In this document: positions 1 to 9,734 of the stretch, piece after piece | Numbering within the stretch: the stretch's first letter is position 1 | How the letters are laid out: every line of letters starts with the position of its first letter | Source of the DNA: Prevotella sp. | GTDB lineage: Bacteria; Bacteroidota; Bacteroidia; Bacteroidales; Bacteroidaceae | Length of the DNA stretch: 64,000 bases | Direction of reading: 5' to 3' | NCBI GenBank assembly: GCA_041856205.1 | Contig: JBHAFS010000003.1 | Coordinates: forward strand, 9,637-73,636 | Notes under the pieces: generated by a model | Database searches by the model: none | Seen by the model: the letters and a program-made list of their open reading frames with translations, nothing else | Told to the model about the DNA's origin: nothing | Program-made: the position numbers and the translations under genes

Positions 1-1
1 G

Positions 2-1678
2 AGGGTGTCGCACGAGAGCATCGCGCCCACCTTCGTGGCCGACGGCATGACCCATTACAAATATGCCGACCGACCGATGGGTGAGTACTGGTTGGAGTCG
101 CCCACCCACGACAAGCCTTCCGACATGCTCGATGCCGTGAGCGGGGCCCACGTCTATGGCAAGCCCCTGGTGCAGGCCGAGGCCCTGACCGAGGTGCGCG
201 GCGTGTGGAACGAGACACCGGCGATGGTGAAGCCCCTCGTCGACCTCCACTTCGCGCTGGGGGTCAACAAGCTCTTCTTCCATGTCACGGCCCATAACCC
301 CTGGACCGGCCGCCGTCCCGGCATGACGCTCGACGGCATAGGCCTCTTCTTCCAGCGCGACAACACCTGGTATGCCGAGGCCGGGGGGCTCACCCAGTAT
401 ATACGGCGCTGTCAGCAGTGGCTGCAGCGCGGACGGCCGGTGGTAGACATCGCCGTATTTACCGGCGAGGAGATGCCCCGCCGTGCCCTTACCCCCGACC
501 GCCTCGTGCCCATGCTTCCCGGCCTCTTCGGCAGGGAGCGGGTGGACGGCGAGGCGGCAAGACTGGCCAACAGCGGACAGCTCATGGTGGAGCGTCCGGT
601 GGGCGTGAGCCATGCGGCGGGCATCCTCGAGATGCGGCAGTGGGTCAACGCCCTCGGCGGCTATCAGTACGACTCGGTGAACCCCGATGGCCTGCTCGGT
701 GCCGACAGCGTGGCCGACGGTCGTATCGTCATGCCCGGCGGCTGTGCCTACCGTGTGCTGGTGCTGCCCGGCAAGACCAAGATGGACCCACGTTTCGACG
801 GCTATTCGGATGAAGTGCGGCAGAAGATTGCGGCATGCAGGCAGGCCGGCGTGACGGTGGTGGATGAGCCTTGGCACGAGGCCGACTTCGGCGACAGGGG
901 TCTGCGCCCCGACGTGGTGTTGCCACCACAGGTGGCGTGGTGTCACCGCACTACCGATGCCGAAGAAATCTATTTTTTGTCGAACCAAAGCGGCGAGGCC
1001 CGGCGGTTCGAGGCCACCTTCCGCGACCACAGGCCCTATGCCTATCTCTACGACCCGCTCAGCGACCGGTGGCGCCGTCTGGCGGTGGCAGCATCGGCGG
1101 CAGGGGCCACGGCCACGCTGCAGATGGACGAGGACGGATCGCTGTTTGTCATCTTCGCCCAGCGGCCCTTGCCCCAGACGCCCGACGCACCGGTGGAGAA
1201 GACCGGTGAACAGGTGGTGGCGGGGCCCTGGCAGCTGCGCTTTGAGCAGAGCGGCCTGACGATGACCACCGACAGTCTGTTCGACTGGTCGCTGTCGCCG
1301 CACCCCCGCATCAGGTATTACAGCGGCACGGCACATTATTCCACACGGTGGACATGGAAAGGCGGGAAGTGTGAAAAGATTTTGCTATCTTTGCGCCACC
1401 TGCACGACGTGGCACATGTCTATGTCAACGGCATCGACTGCGGCATCGCCTGGACGGCACCCTACCAGGTGGACGTGACCAAGGCCGTGAGGCGCGGCAC
1501 CAACGACCTGCGCATCGTGGTGGTGAACACCTGGGCCAACGCCCTGCGTGGTGCCGACGAGGGCACGCCGCCTTTCGACGGGATATGGACCAATGCCAAA
1601 TACAGAATGAAACAACCCTACCTGCTGCCGGCCGGACTACTCGGACCGGTGGTGATTGAAAGATATGAGAAGCAATAG
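2..1678 (+). CDS. Glycoside hydrolase family 106-like alpha-L-rhamnosidase (5'-truncated by window edge)
   Basis: Frame open from window start; PMGEYW..THDKPSDMLDAVSGAHVYGK..QAEA motif; C-terminal beta-sandwich ending VYVNG..GIAWTAPY..NTWAN..LLPAGLLGPV, typical of Bacteroidetes GH106. Confidence 0.8.
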   Translation, partial: RVSHESIAPTFVADGMTHYKYADRPMGEYWLESPTHDKPSDMLDAVSGAHVYGKPLVQAEALTEVRGVWNETPAMVKPLVDLHFALGVNKLFFHVTAHNPWTGRRPGMTLDGIGLFFQRDNTWYAEAGGLTQYIRRCQQWLQRGRPVVDIAVFTGEEMPRRALTPDRLVPMLPGLFGRERVDGEAARLANSGQLMVERPVGVSHAAGILEMRQWVNALGGYQYDSVNPDGLLGADSVADGRIVMPGGCAYRVLVLPGKTKMDPRFDGYSDEVRQKIAACRQAGVTVVDEPWHEADFGDRGLRPDVVLPPQVAWCHRTTDAEEIYFLSNQSGEARRFEATFRDHRPYAYLYDPLSDRWRRLAVAASAAGATATLQMDEDGSLFVIFAQRPLPQTPDAPVEKTGEQVVAGPWQLRFEQSGLTMTTDSLFDWSLSPHPRIRYYSGTAHYSTRWTWKGGKCEKILLSLRHLHDVAHVYVNGIDCGIAWTAPYQVDVTKAVRRGTNDLRIVVVNTWANALRGADEGTPPFDGIWTNAKYRMKQPYLLPAGLLGPVVIERYEKQ

Positions 1679-3080
1679 ACGATTATTGGTGCTGACCCTG
1701 CTGGCCATGACCCTGGCAGGCAGGGCGGCGGTGAGGCTGCCGGCCCTCTTTGCCGACGGCATGGTGTTGCAGCAGCAGAGCAGCTGCCGCATGTGGGGCA
1801 CGGCCACGGCCGGTAGACTGGTGAAGGTGACCACCTCGTGGAACGGAAAGACCACCGCCACGCGTGCCGACAGCGAGGGAAGGTGGCAGCTGCGGGTGGC
1901 CACGCCGGGGGCCGGAGGGCCTTACACCATCACGCTCGACGACGGTGAGAAGACCCGTCTGCGCGACGTGCTGGTGGGCGAGGTGTGGATATGCAGCGGA
2001 CAGAGCAATATGGAGATGCCCATGAAGGGGTTCAAGGGGCAGCCCGTGGAGGGCGCCACCGAAGAGCTGATGCTCGGCAGCGATGCGCAGCTGCGCCTCT
2101 TCACCGTGAAGCGCAACCCACAGCTGCAGGCGGTAGACACCGTGTCGGGCAGGTGGGAGGCCACGCAGACAGCCACGTTGCGGCAGTTTAGTGCCACGGC
2201 TTACTACTTTGGCAAGATGCTGCGCGCCACGTTGCACGTGCCTGTGGGGCTGGTGGTGACGGCCTACGGGGGCAGTGCCTGCGAGGCCTGGATGGCTGTC
2301 GACTGGCTGAAGGCGTTTCCCGAGGTGGAGCTGCCCACGTCGCAGGCCGACGTCGACCGGCGTGCGCAGCGCTGTCCCACGGCTTTGTATCACGGCATGC
2401 TGCGCCCACTGGTGGGCTATGCCATGCGTGGCGTGATATGGTATCAGGGCGAAGACAACGTGCCGCGCTACGGCAACTATGCCCACCTCTTTGCCACGAT
2501 GGTGCGAGGATGGCGCAACGACTGGCAGCAGGGCGACTTTCCGTTCTACTATTGTCAGATTGCGCCCTACGACTATAGTCTGTTGGGATGGAGCCACAAC
2601 AGCGCCTTGCTGCGCGAGCAGCAGTTGCGGGCCGAAAAAATGATTCCCAACAGCCGCATGGCCGTGCTGCTCGATGCCGGTATGGCCTATGGCATACACC
2701 CCCGACAGAAGCGTGTGGCTGGGGAGCGGCTGGCGCTGCTGGCCCTCGCCAACACCTATGGGCGGCAGGGACTGCCCGACTTTGCCACCTATGGTGGGGT
2801 GGCCTTCGAGGGCGACACGGCTGTGGTGAGCTTTGAGCGGAGCAAGGAGTGGGTCTACTTTGACAAGGGAACGACGAGCAACCTCTTTGAGGTGGCGGGC
2901 GACGACCACGTGTTCCATCCCGCCAAGGCATGGACGGCACGCAACAAGGTATATGTCAGGAGCGACAGCGTGAAGGTGCCGCGAGCAGTGCGCTATGCCT
3001 TCCACAACTGGGTGGAGGGCGACCTCTTTCACGACGGACTGCCTGTGAGTTCGTTTAGGACTGATGACTGGAACCAATAA
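1665..3080 (+). CDS. Sialate O-acetylesterase family (SGNH) carbohydrate esterase, secreted
   Basis: Signal peptide; LPALFADGMVLQQ, GEVWICSGQSNMEM, GVIWYQGE, IHPRQK motifs; ATG 1665 overlaps the upstream gene's 3' end. Confidence 0.85.
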   Translation: MRSNRRLLVLTLLAMTLAGRAAVRLPALFADGMVLQQQSSCRMWGTATAGRLVKVTTSWNGKTTATRADSEGRWQLRVATPGAGGPYTITLDDGEKTRLRDVLVGEVWICSGQSNMEMPMKGFKGQPVEGATEELMLGSDAQLRLFTVKRNPQLQAVDTVSGRWEATQTATLRQFSATAYYFGKMLRATLHVPVGLVVTAYGGSACEAWMAVDWLKAFPEVELPTSQADVDRRAQRCPTALYHGMLRPLVGYAMRGVIWYQGEDNVPRYGNYAHLFATMVRGWRNDWQQGDFPFYYCQIAPYDYSLLGWSHNSALLREQQLRAEKMIPNSRMAVLLDAGMAYGIHPRQKRVAGERLALLALANTYGRQGLPDFATYGGVAFEGDTAVVSFERSKEWVYFDKGTTSNLFEVAGDDHVFHPAKAWTARNKVYVRSDSVKVPRAVRYAFHNWVEGDLFHDGLPVSSFRTDDWNQ

Positions 3081-3087
3081 GATAAGC

Positions 3088-5673
3088 ATGAGAAAGATAG
3101 CAACAATCATGATAGCCACGCTGTTGGGCTGGTGTGTAGACGGTTGGGCCGACACCTCGGTGGCCGGACTCTTCCCCATTGCCGACCAGGGCCGACAGGT
3201 GTGGAACTTCAACCCTGAGTGGCGTTTCCACCTGGGCGATGTGAGGAACGCCGAGCAGGCAGACTATGACGACTCGCAATGGGAGGTGGTGTCGACACCC
3301 CACTGCGTGAAGCTGGAGCCGGCAGAGGCATCAGGAGGTCGCAACTACCAGGGCATCGCGTGGTATCGCAAGCACTTTGTGGCACCGGCCTCACGACTGG
3401 AACTCCACTTCGAGGCCATCATGGGCAAACAGAAGGTCTATGTCAACGGACAGCTGGCCTGTGAGCATCTGGGTGGCTATCTGCCCGTGATGGTAGACCT
3501 CAGCAAATGGGGAGTGAGGAAAGGCGACAGCTGCGTGGTGGCCGTCATGGCCGACAACAGCAACGACAAGACCTATCCGCCGGGCAAGCCGCAGTATCAG
3601 CTCGACTTTGCCTACCATGGCGGTATCTATCGCGACGTGTGGCTCATCGCCCGCAACGACGTATATATCACCGATCCCATTGCAGCCAACTGGCCGGCCG
3701 GGGGTGGTATCTTCGTGCATTATGGCAACATCGACGACAAGAAGGCCGAAGTGTGGGTCGACACCGAGCTGCACAATGCGGGTACGACGACAAAAAACGT
3801 AATTCTGGAGACGACGATCCTCGATGACAAGGGCAGACGCGTGGCGCGCAAGACCTCGAGCATTGCACTTGCTCCGGGCAGCACGACGAGCGTCAGCCAG
3901 CAAGCCACGGTGACGGACCCCATGCTATGGTCGCCCGAGAGGCCAGTGCTCTACCGCGTGGAGAGTCGTGTGAAGGCGGGCGGCAAGACGCTCGACGGTG
4001 GCATGACACGCATCGGCATACGTAGCTTCGAGTTTCGTGGGCGGGAGGGGTTCTGGCTCAACGGAAGGCGCTACCGACAGTTTGTGGGGGCTAACCGCCA
4101 TCAAGACTTTGCCTATGTGGGCAATGCCGTGCCCAACAGCCAGCAATGGCGCGACGTGCTAAGGCTCAAGGAGGCAGGCTTCAACCTCATCCGCACGGCC
4201 CATTATCCGCAGGACCCGGCCTTCATGGATGCCTGCGACGAACTGGGAATCTTTGTCATCGTGGCCACGCCGGGCTGGCAATACTGGGGCAAGGATCCCA
4301 TGTTTGAGCCCCGCGTGATGCAGAACACGCGCGACATGATACGGCGCGACCGCAACCATCCCTCGGTGCTGATGTGGGAGCCTATCCTCAACGAGACCCC
4401 CTTCCCCGAAGATTTTGCCTTGCAATCACTGCGGATTACCAAGGACGAATATCCTTATCCCTACCGTCCGCTGGCTGCCGCCGACCTCCACTCGGCAGGC
4501 GTGCGCGACAACTATGACCTGGTGTATGGCTGGCCGGGCGATGACGCACGGGCCGACGCACCGAGGCAGAACATCCTTACGCGCGAGTTTGGCGAGTATG
4601 TAGACGACTGGTATGCCCATAATGCCATCAACAGAGCGTGTCGTGCCTGGGGCGAGCAGCCCATGCTCACGCAGGCCTTGTCGCTGGCCCAGACTACTGC
4701 CACCATGCACCAGACCACCGGACTGTTTCTGGGGGGCTGCCTGTGGCACCCCTTCGACCATCAGCGCGGGTACCATCCCGATGCCTATTTCGGTGGGATA
4801 TACGACGCTTTCAGGCAGAAGAAGACGGCATTCGAGATGTTTGCCGCCCAACGCCGGGTGGGCGACCCGGGGGTGGAGCCGATGGTCTATATCGCCAACG
4901 AGATGACGCAGTTCTCTGACAGCAACGTGGTGGTGTTCTCCAACTGCGACAGCGTGCGCCTGACCACCTTCGACGGGGCACACAGCTATACGCTCGCCGT
5001 GCCGCATCCGGTGTCTGAGGCGTTTCATGGTCCGGTCATCTTCAAGAAGGCATGGGACTTCTGGGAGGCGCGCGAGCTGAGCTATAAGCGCAAGAAACCT
5101 GACATGGTGAACATGGTGGCCGAGGGAATAGTCGGTGGTAAGGTGGTGTGCAGCACCAAGCGCATGCCCTCGCGCAGGAGCACCAAGCTGCGGCTGTATG
5201 CCGACACGATGGGCAAGCCACTGGTGGCCGATGGCAGCGACTTTATCGTTGTGGTGGCCGAGGTGACCGACGACAGCGGGCATGTGCGTCGCCTGGCACG
5301 AGAGCAAGTGCGCTTCGTGGTGGAGGGCGAGGGCAACATCATCGACGACGGTGACATCAATGCCAATCCCCGCGAGGTGGAATGGGGATCAGCACCCATC
5401 CTCCTGCGGTCTACCCGCAAGGCTGGCCGCATACATATCCATGCCGAGGTGCAGTATCCAGGCACCCATGCGCCCACGCCGGCCGACCTCTACATCGAGT
5501 CGGTGCCCTATGATGGTGAGTTCTGTATGATTCCCCAACTGTCGCCTGCCCATACGCTGGGCATGAGCCAGGCCGACAAGTGCCAACAGGGCATCACGCT
5601 GACCGAGGAACAGAAACAGCAGATTCTCCAGGAGGTGGAGCAGCAGCAGGCTGACTTCGGAATCAAGAAGTAG
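3088..5673 (+). CDS. Glycoside hydrolase family 2 protein, secreted
   Basis: WNFNPEWRF, GANRHQD, RTAHYPQDPAFMDACDELG, RDRNHPSVLMWEPILNE (acid/base) motifs; signal peptide from ATG 3088. Confidence 0.9.
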   Translation: MRKIATIMIATLLGWCVDGWADTSVAGLFPIADQGRQVWNFNPEWRFHLGDVRNAEQADYDDSQWEVVSTPHCVKLEPAEASGGRNYQGIAWYRKHFVAPASRLELHFEAIMGKQKVYVNGQLACEHLGGYLPVMVDLSKWGVRKGDSCVVAVMADNSNDKTYPPGKPQYQLDFAYHGGIYRDVWLIARNDVYITDPIAANWPAGGGIFVHYGNIDDKKAEVWVDTELHNAGTTTKNVILETTILDDKGRRVARKTSSIALAPGSTTSVSQQATVTDPMLWSPERPVLYRVESRVKAGGKTLDGGMTRIGIRSFEFRGREGFWLNGRRYRQFVGANRHQDFAYVGNAVPNSQQWRDVLRLKEAGFNLIRTAHYPQDPAFMDACDELGIFVIVATPGWQYWGKDPMFEPRVMQNTRDMIRRDRNHPSVLMWEPILNETPFPEDFALQSLRITKDEYPYPYRPLAAADLHSAGVRDNYDLVYGWPGDDARADAPRQNILTREFGEYVDDWYAHNAINRACRAWGEQPMLTQALSLAQTTATMHQTTGLFLGGCLWHPFDHQRGYHPDAYFGGIYDAFRQKKTAFEMFAAQRRVGDPGVEPMVYIANEMTQFSDSNVVVFSNCDSVRLTTFDGAHSYTLAVPHPVSEAFHGPVIFKKAWDFWEARELSYKRKKPDMVNMVAEGIVGGKVVCSTKRMPSRRSTKLRLYADTMGKPLVADGSDFIVVVAEVTDDSGHVRRLAREQVRFVVEGEGNIIDDGDINANPREVEWGSAPILLRSTRKAGRIHIHAEVQYPGTHAPTPADLYIESVPYDGEFCMIPQLSPAHTLGMSQADKCQQGITLTEEQKQQILQEVEQQQADFGIKK

Positions 5674-5716
5674 GTGGCTGGGTTTGCAGGGAGACTGTAT
5701 GATATAAGCGAAATAG

Positions 5717-8641
5717 ATGAGGAAACGTTGTTTGGCGTCTGCCCATGCCATAATAAGAAATTGGGTTTGTCTATTGGCTGTCGGCTTGACAAGTGTCATG
5801 GCCTTCGGACAGTCACGGCTGAACGCCCTGGTCAACCATTATACGGTGGATCAGGGGCTGCCACATCATATCGTCAACTGTTCGCTTGAGACCAAGGATG
5901 GCTTTGAGTGGTTTGGCACCTGGTATGGGCTGGCACGCTTTGACGGATTCACCTTTCGCACCATCTCTGCGCCCTATCTCTTTGCTTCCGACCCCGCCCC
6001 GCGCAAGGTGGAGACCTTGGTGGAAGACTCCTGTGGCAATATCTGGGTCAAGACGCTCGACTGGAAACTGTCGGTATTGTTCAAGCAACAGGTGAGGTAC
6101 AAGAGCGTGTTCGACGAACTCAAACGTTTTTCGCGCAACCTGCAGGTCATCAAGATTCAGGGCGACGGAAAGGGCGGGGTGTTGTTGCTTACCAAGGACA
6201 AGAATCTTCTGCTGGCGTCTACCGACCACAGCGGTGCAGTACATATCAGGCTGTTGGTAGATGCCCGCGCCTATGTCAACCGTTACAACTATCGTCTCTC
6301 CAGACCTGTTGTGCAGCTGCGTAACGGGCGGGCCAGCTATGTGGGTACCGACTACCAGATTTACTCAGAACCGCTCAAGGGCGGAGTGGCACGCTCGGTG
6401 GCGGCCTGGCAACGTTATTTCGCTGAGAAAGCAGCCCGGGCCAATGTCTTCACAGATGGTTTGGGTTGTGAATGGACGGCCAGCAACGATGCAAGGCTTG
6501 GGTACTACAATCCCAAGACGGGACAGCGCAAGACAATACCGCTCACCTTCAAAGGCAAGATCGTGGAGCCGTCGTTCTATGATATAGGTGTCAATGGTAT
6601 CTATTACCTCTCACCGGCCGGTGAAGCGGTTCACATCGACAGGAGCAGCCTGACGGCCGAGAACATCGGAAGGCAGCCACAGCTGGCCGATGCACATCCC
6701 GATACGCGCTACCTCAGTATGCGGCAGAGCAGCGACGGCTCACTCTGGCTAACCTCGGCCAGCAGTGGTGTCTACCGGTTGAGCTTCCTGCCCCGCCAGT
6801 TCAAGGTGATTCCCCTGCCCGTGATGGGGGGCGACGGCATCAGGGGCATGTACCAGTTTGACAATGGTGACGTATGGGTGGGCTCACGCAACAAGACGCT
6901 GTATGTGCTCTCGGCAGACGGCAAGGTGAAGGGTACCTACCCCTACGACCGTTACGGCATTGGCAGTGTGTATCATATCATGGTAGACCACAAGGGTCGC
7001 ATTTGGCTATCGACCAAGGGCGACGGGTTGGTCATGGCCGTACGCGAGGCCAAGGCGGCAGGCGGTTATCGGTTTGTCCATTTCCGGCACGATGCTGCCG
7101 ACCTCTCCTCGATCAGCGGTAACGATGTCTATATGACCTATGAAGACAGCCGGCATCGCATCTGGGTGTGTACCATGGACGGCGGACTCAACCTCATGGA
7201 AGAGCGGGGTGGGCACACCGTCTTCTGGCATAAGTATCACGGCATGACCCATTATCCTGCCTTTGGTCTCTACATGGAGGTGCGCAACATGGTGGAAGAC
7301 AACCGCGGGCGCATCTGGGTGGGGACGATAGACGGCCTGATGTCGTTTCCCAGCCGTTTCAACAAGGCTTCGGACATCACCTTTGAGACCTATAAGAAGA
7401 CCGACGTGCTGACACTGGCCAACAGCGACATCTATGGACTGCACAAAGACCGCAAGGGACACATCTGGGTGTGCGCCTTCGGTGGAGGCGTCAATCGCAT
7501 CATCGGCTATGATGCACAAAGCCATCGTCCGCTGTTTCGTGAGCTCGGCGATAGCCGCACCCTGCGGGGCAAGGTCATCACCATCTTGCAGGAGGATGCC
7601 AGAGGCACCCTGTGGATGGGCAATGACCAAGGAGTGTCGGCTTGTCGGGCCGACGGTCAGATGGCGACCTTCGACCATTACGACGGATTTCCCGATGTAG
7701 AGATGGAGGAGGCATCGTCGATCAGCAATCGCAATGGTGAGCTGTGGATGGGCTGTCGGCAAGGCATCCTGGCTTTCAGGCCCAATCGTCTCAAATCGTC
7801 AGACACCAACAGTCCGGTATATATCGTTAGCGCCACGGTCAACAACCAGAGCATCAACAGTTTCAAGCATCCCATCATCAGCAAGTCGATCACCTATGCC
7901 GACACGCTGGTGCTGCGCCACAACCAGTCGATGTTCACACTTGAATTTGCGGCACCCGGCTGTCGCAACCAGAGCCATGTGGTCTATCGTTACCGGCTCG
8001 AGGGTTACGATGCCGACTGGCATTACAGCAGCACCAATCGCATTGCATCATATACGCAGGTGCCGCCCGGCAAATATTTGTTTGTGGTCGAGGCGGGCAG
8101 TGCCTCGAATCCCCTTGTTGCAAGCAGTCGCAAGGTAACTGTCATCATTCTGCCACCATGGTGGGCCACGTGGTGGGCACGCACCATCTATGTCCTGCTG
8201 TTTGGTCTGGCCTTGTATTTGGCAGTGCGATATGCCCGTTATCAGCTCAAACTGAAGAACGATATCTATATCCAGAGCCGCATTGCCGCCTTCAAGAAAT
8301 CGTTTTACATGGAGCAACAGGACCAGCAGTTTATGGAACGCGCCAAGCAGGTGGTGGAGCGCAATCTCACCAATGCCGACTTCGATATCGACCTCTTTGC
8401 CGAGCAGATGGGCATGAGTCACAGTGCCTTCTTCAAGCGCATCAAGCAGCTCACTGGTGGCTCTCCCTCAGATTTTATCAAAGAGTTCAAACTCAGCCAT
8501 GCCCTCGAACTGCTCAAGAGCACCGGCTTGAGTGTGGGTGATGTGGCCTATAAGTCGGGTTTCAGCGATGCCGGCTATTTTGGCAAGTGCTTCCGCAAGA
8601 AGTATGGCATGAGTCCTCGTGAGTACCAGCGGAACCAGTGA
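5717..8641 (+). CDS. Membrane-spanning AraC regulator: HTCS-type beta-propeller/Y_Y_Y sensor fused directly to an AraC HTH (no kinase or receiver domain)
   Basis: Repeated D..G.IW.GT propeller motifs, YRYRLEGYD Y_Y_Y motif, PPWWATWW plus TM helix, then AraC (VAYKSGFSDAGYFGKCFRKKYGMSP); no SHELRTPL, HATPase or REC motifs. Confidence 0.85.
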   Translation: MRKRCLASAHAIIRNWVCLLAVGLTSVMAFGQSRLNALVNHYTVDQGLPHHIVNCSLETKDGFEWFGTWYGLARFDGFTFRTISAPYLFASDPAPRKVETLVEDSCGNIWVKTLDWKLSVLFKQQVRYKSVFDELKRFSRNLQVIKIQGDGKGGVLLLTKDKNLLLASTDHSGAVHIRLLVDARAYVNRYNYRLSRPVVQLRNGRASYVGTDYQIYSEPLKGGVARSVAAWQRYFAEKAARANVFTDGLGCEWTASNDARLGYYNPKTGQRKTIPLTFKGKIVEPSFYDIGVNGIYYLSPAGEAVHIDRSSLTAENIGRQPQLADAHPDTRYLSMRQSSDGSLWLTSASSGVYRLSFLPRQFKVIPLPVMGGDGIRGMYQFDNGDVWVGSRNKTLYVLSADGKVKGTYPYDRYGIGSVYHIMVDHKGRIWLSTKGDGLVMAVREAKAAGGYRFVHFRHDAADLSSISGNDVYMTYEDSRHRIWVCTMDGGLNLMEERGGHTVFWHKYHGMTHYPAFGLYMEVRNMVEDNRGRIWVGTIDGLMSFPSRFNKASDITFETYKKTDVLTLANSDIYGLHKDRKGHIWVCAFGGGVNRIIGYDAQSHRPLFRELGDSRTLRGKVITILQEDARGTLWMGNDQGVSACRADGQMATFDHYDGFPDVEMEEASSISNRNGELWMGCRQGILAFRPNRLKSSDTNSPVYIVSATVNNQSINSFKHPIISKSITYADTLVLRHNQSMFTLEFAAPGCRNQSHVVYRYRLEGYDADWHYSSTNRIASYTQVPPGKYLFVVEAGSASNPLVASSRKVTVIILPPWWATWWARTIYVLLFGLALYLAVRYARYQLKLKNDIYIQSRIAAFKKSFYMEQQDQQFMERAKQVVERNLTNADFDIDLFAEQMGMSHSAFFKRIKQLTGGSPSDFIKEFKLSHALELLKSTGLSVGDVAYKSGFSDAGYFGKCFRKKYGMSPREYQRNQ

Positions 8642-8714
8642 GTTGGTTTGTTGGGGGGTAAGGAATGTTGTGAGGATACGATTTATATTTTTTTTATTTA
8701 TTTTTCATTTAAGT

Positions 8715-8742
8715 GGGTACACCGATAGTGTTTCTTCGTCTT
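8715..8742 (+). promoter_or_regulatory. Putative ECF sigma promoter GGGTAC-N16-CGTCTT
   Basis: Same bipartite motif and 16-nt spacing found at three other pectin-gene 5' ends. Confidence 0.6.
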
Positions 8743-8788
8743 ATGGGTAGCTTAATCTACAAAAGAGTCCCCAAACGATGTACCTCAA

Positions 8789-9667
8789 ATGAAAGAAAAC
8801 CTAACGTTGACATTGTTTCTGGCCTTATTGCTCTTACCTTGGCTGCCTGTGCAGTCGAAGGGCCGTCAGCAGTACCGGGTGGCTGCCTGCGACTGGATGA
8901 TGCTCAAGCGGCAGAAGTTGGGTGAATTTGCTCTTGCACGGCAGATCGGTGCCGATGGCGTGGAGCTTGACATGGGTCCCCTAGGCAGGCGGGAACTGTT
9001 TGACAACAACCTTCGTAACCAGAACGTAGCACGACAATTTCGCCAAACAGCAGACAGTCTCGCTGTTGCAGTGCCGTCGGTGGCCATGTCGGGTTTCTTT
9101 GCCCAGAATCTTTTCAGACGCTCCAACTACAAGGACTTGGTGCTCGACTGTCTGGCCACCATGCAGGTCTTTGGCAGCAGCGTTGCCTTTCTGCCCTTGG
9201 GGGGCAGTGGCCAGGAGTGGCTTCGAAAGGGAGCACAGCGCGACAGCATGGTGGCGGTGCTGCACGAATTGGGAGAGCTTGCGCGGGTCCATGGTGTGCG
9301 GATCGGTATTCGAACAGGGCAGGATGCGCGGTTTGACAAGCGTCTGCTTAAAGACATTGGTTCCTCTGGAGTGGGAATCTACTATAACTTCCAGGATGCG
9401 GCCGACGCAGGTCGTGATATTTGCAAGGAACTGAAGCGTCTTGGCAAGAACCGCATCGTACAGATCCATGCCAGCAATACCGACAGCGTGAACCTTCCCG
9501 AGGACAAGGAGATAGACCTGCCCGCCATCAAGCGCACGCTCGACGGCATGGGATGGAGCGGGTGGCTCGTTGTGGAACGGTCGCGAGATGCCAGTAGGGT
9601 GAGAGACGTCTCTTACAACTTCGGACGAAATGTGGCCTATTTGAAAAAGATATTTCAAAACCAATAA
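8789..9667 (+). CDS. Sugar phosphate isomerase/epimerase family (xylose isomerase-like TIM barrel) with signal peptide
   Basis: GADGVELDMG, YYNFQD, QIHAS, GWSGWLVVER motifs; hydrophobic N-terminus. Confidence 0.75.
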   Translation: MKENLTLTLFLALLLLPWLPVQSKGRQQYRVAACDWMMLKRQKLGEFALARQIGADGVELDMGPLGRRELFDNNLRNQNVARQFRQTADSLAVAVPSVAMSGFFAQNLFRRSNYKDLVLDCLATMQVFGSSVAFLPLGGSGQEWLRKGAQRDSMVAVLHELGELARVHGVRIGIRTGQDARFDKRLLKDIGSSGVGIYYNFQDAADAGRDICKELKRLGKNRIVQIHASNTDSVNLPEDKEIDLPAIKRTLDGMGWSGWLVVERSRDASRVRDVSYNFGRNVAYLKKIFQNQ

Positions 9668-9734
9668 GCCAATAAATCAATAAAACAATAAAAGAAAGAA
9701 ACAAATATTAAGTCAAACGAAAAAACTAGGAACT

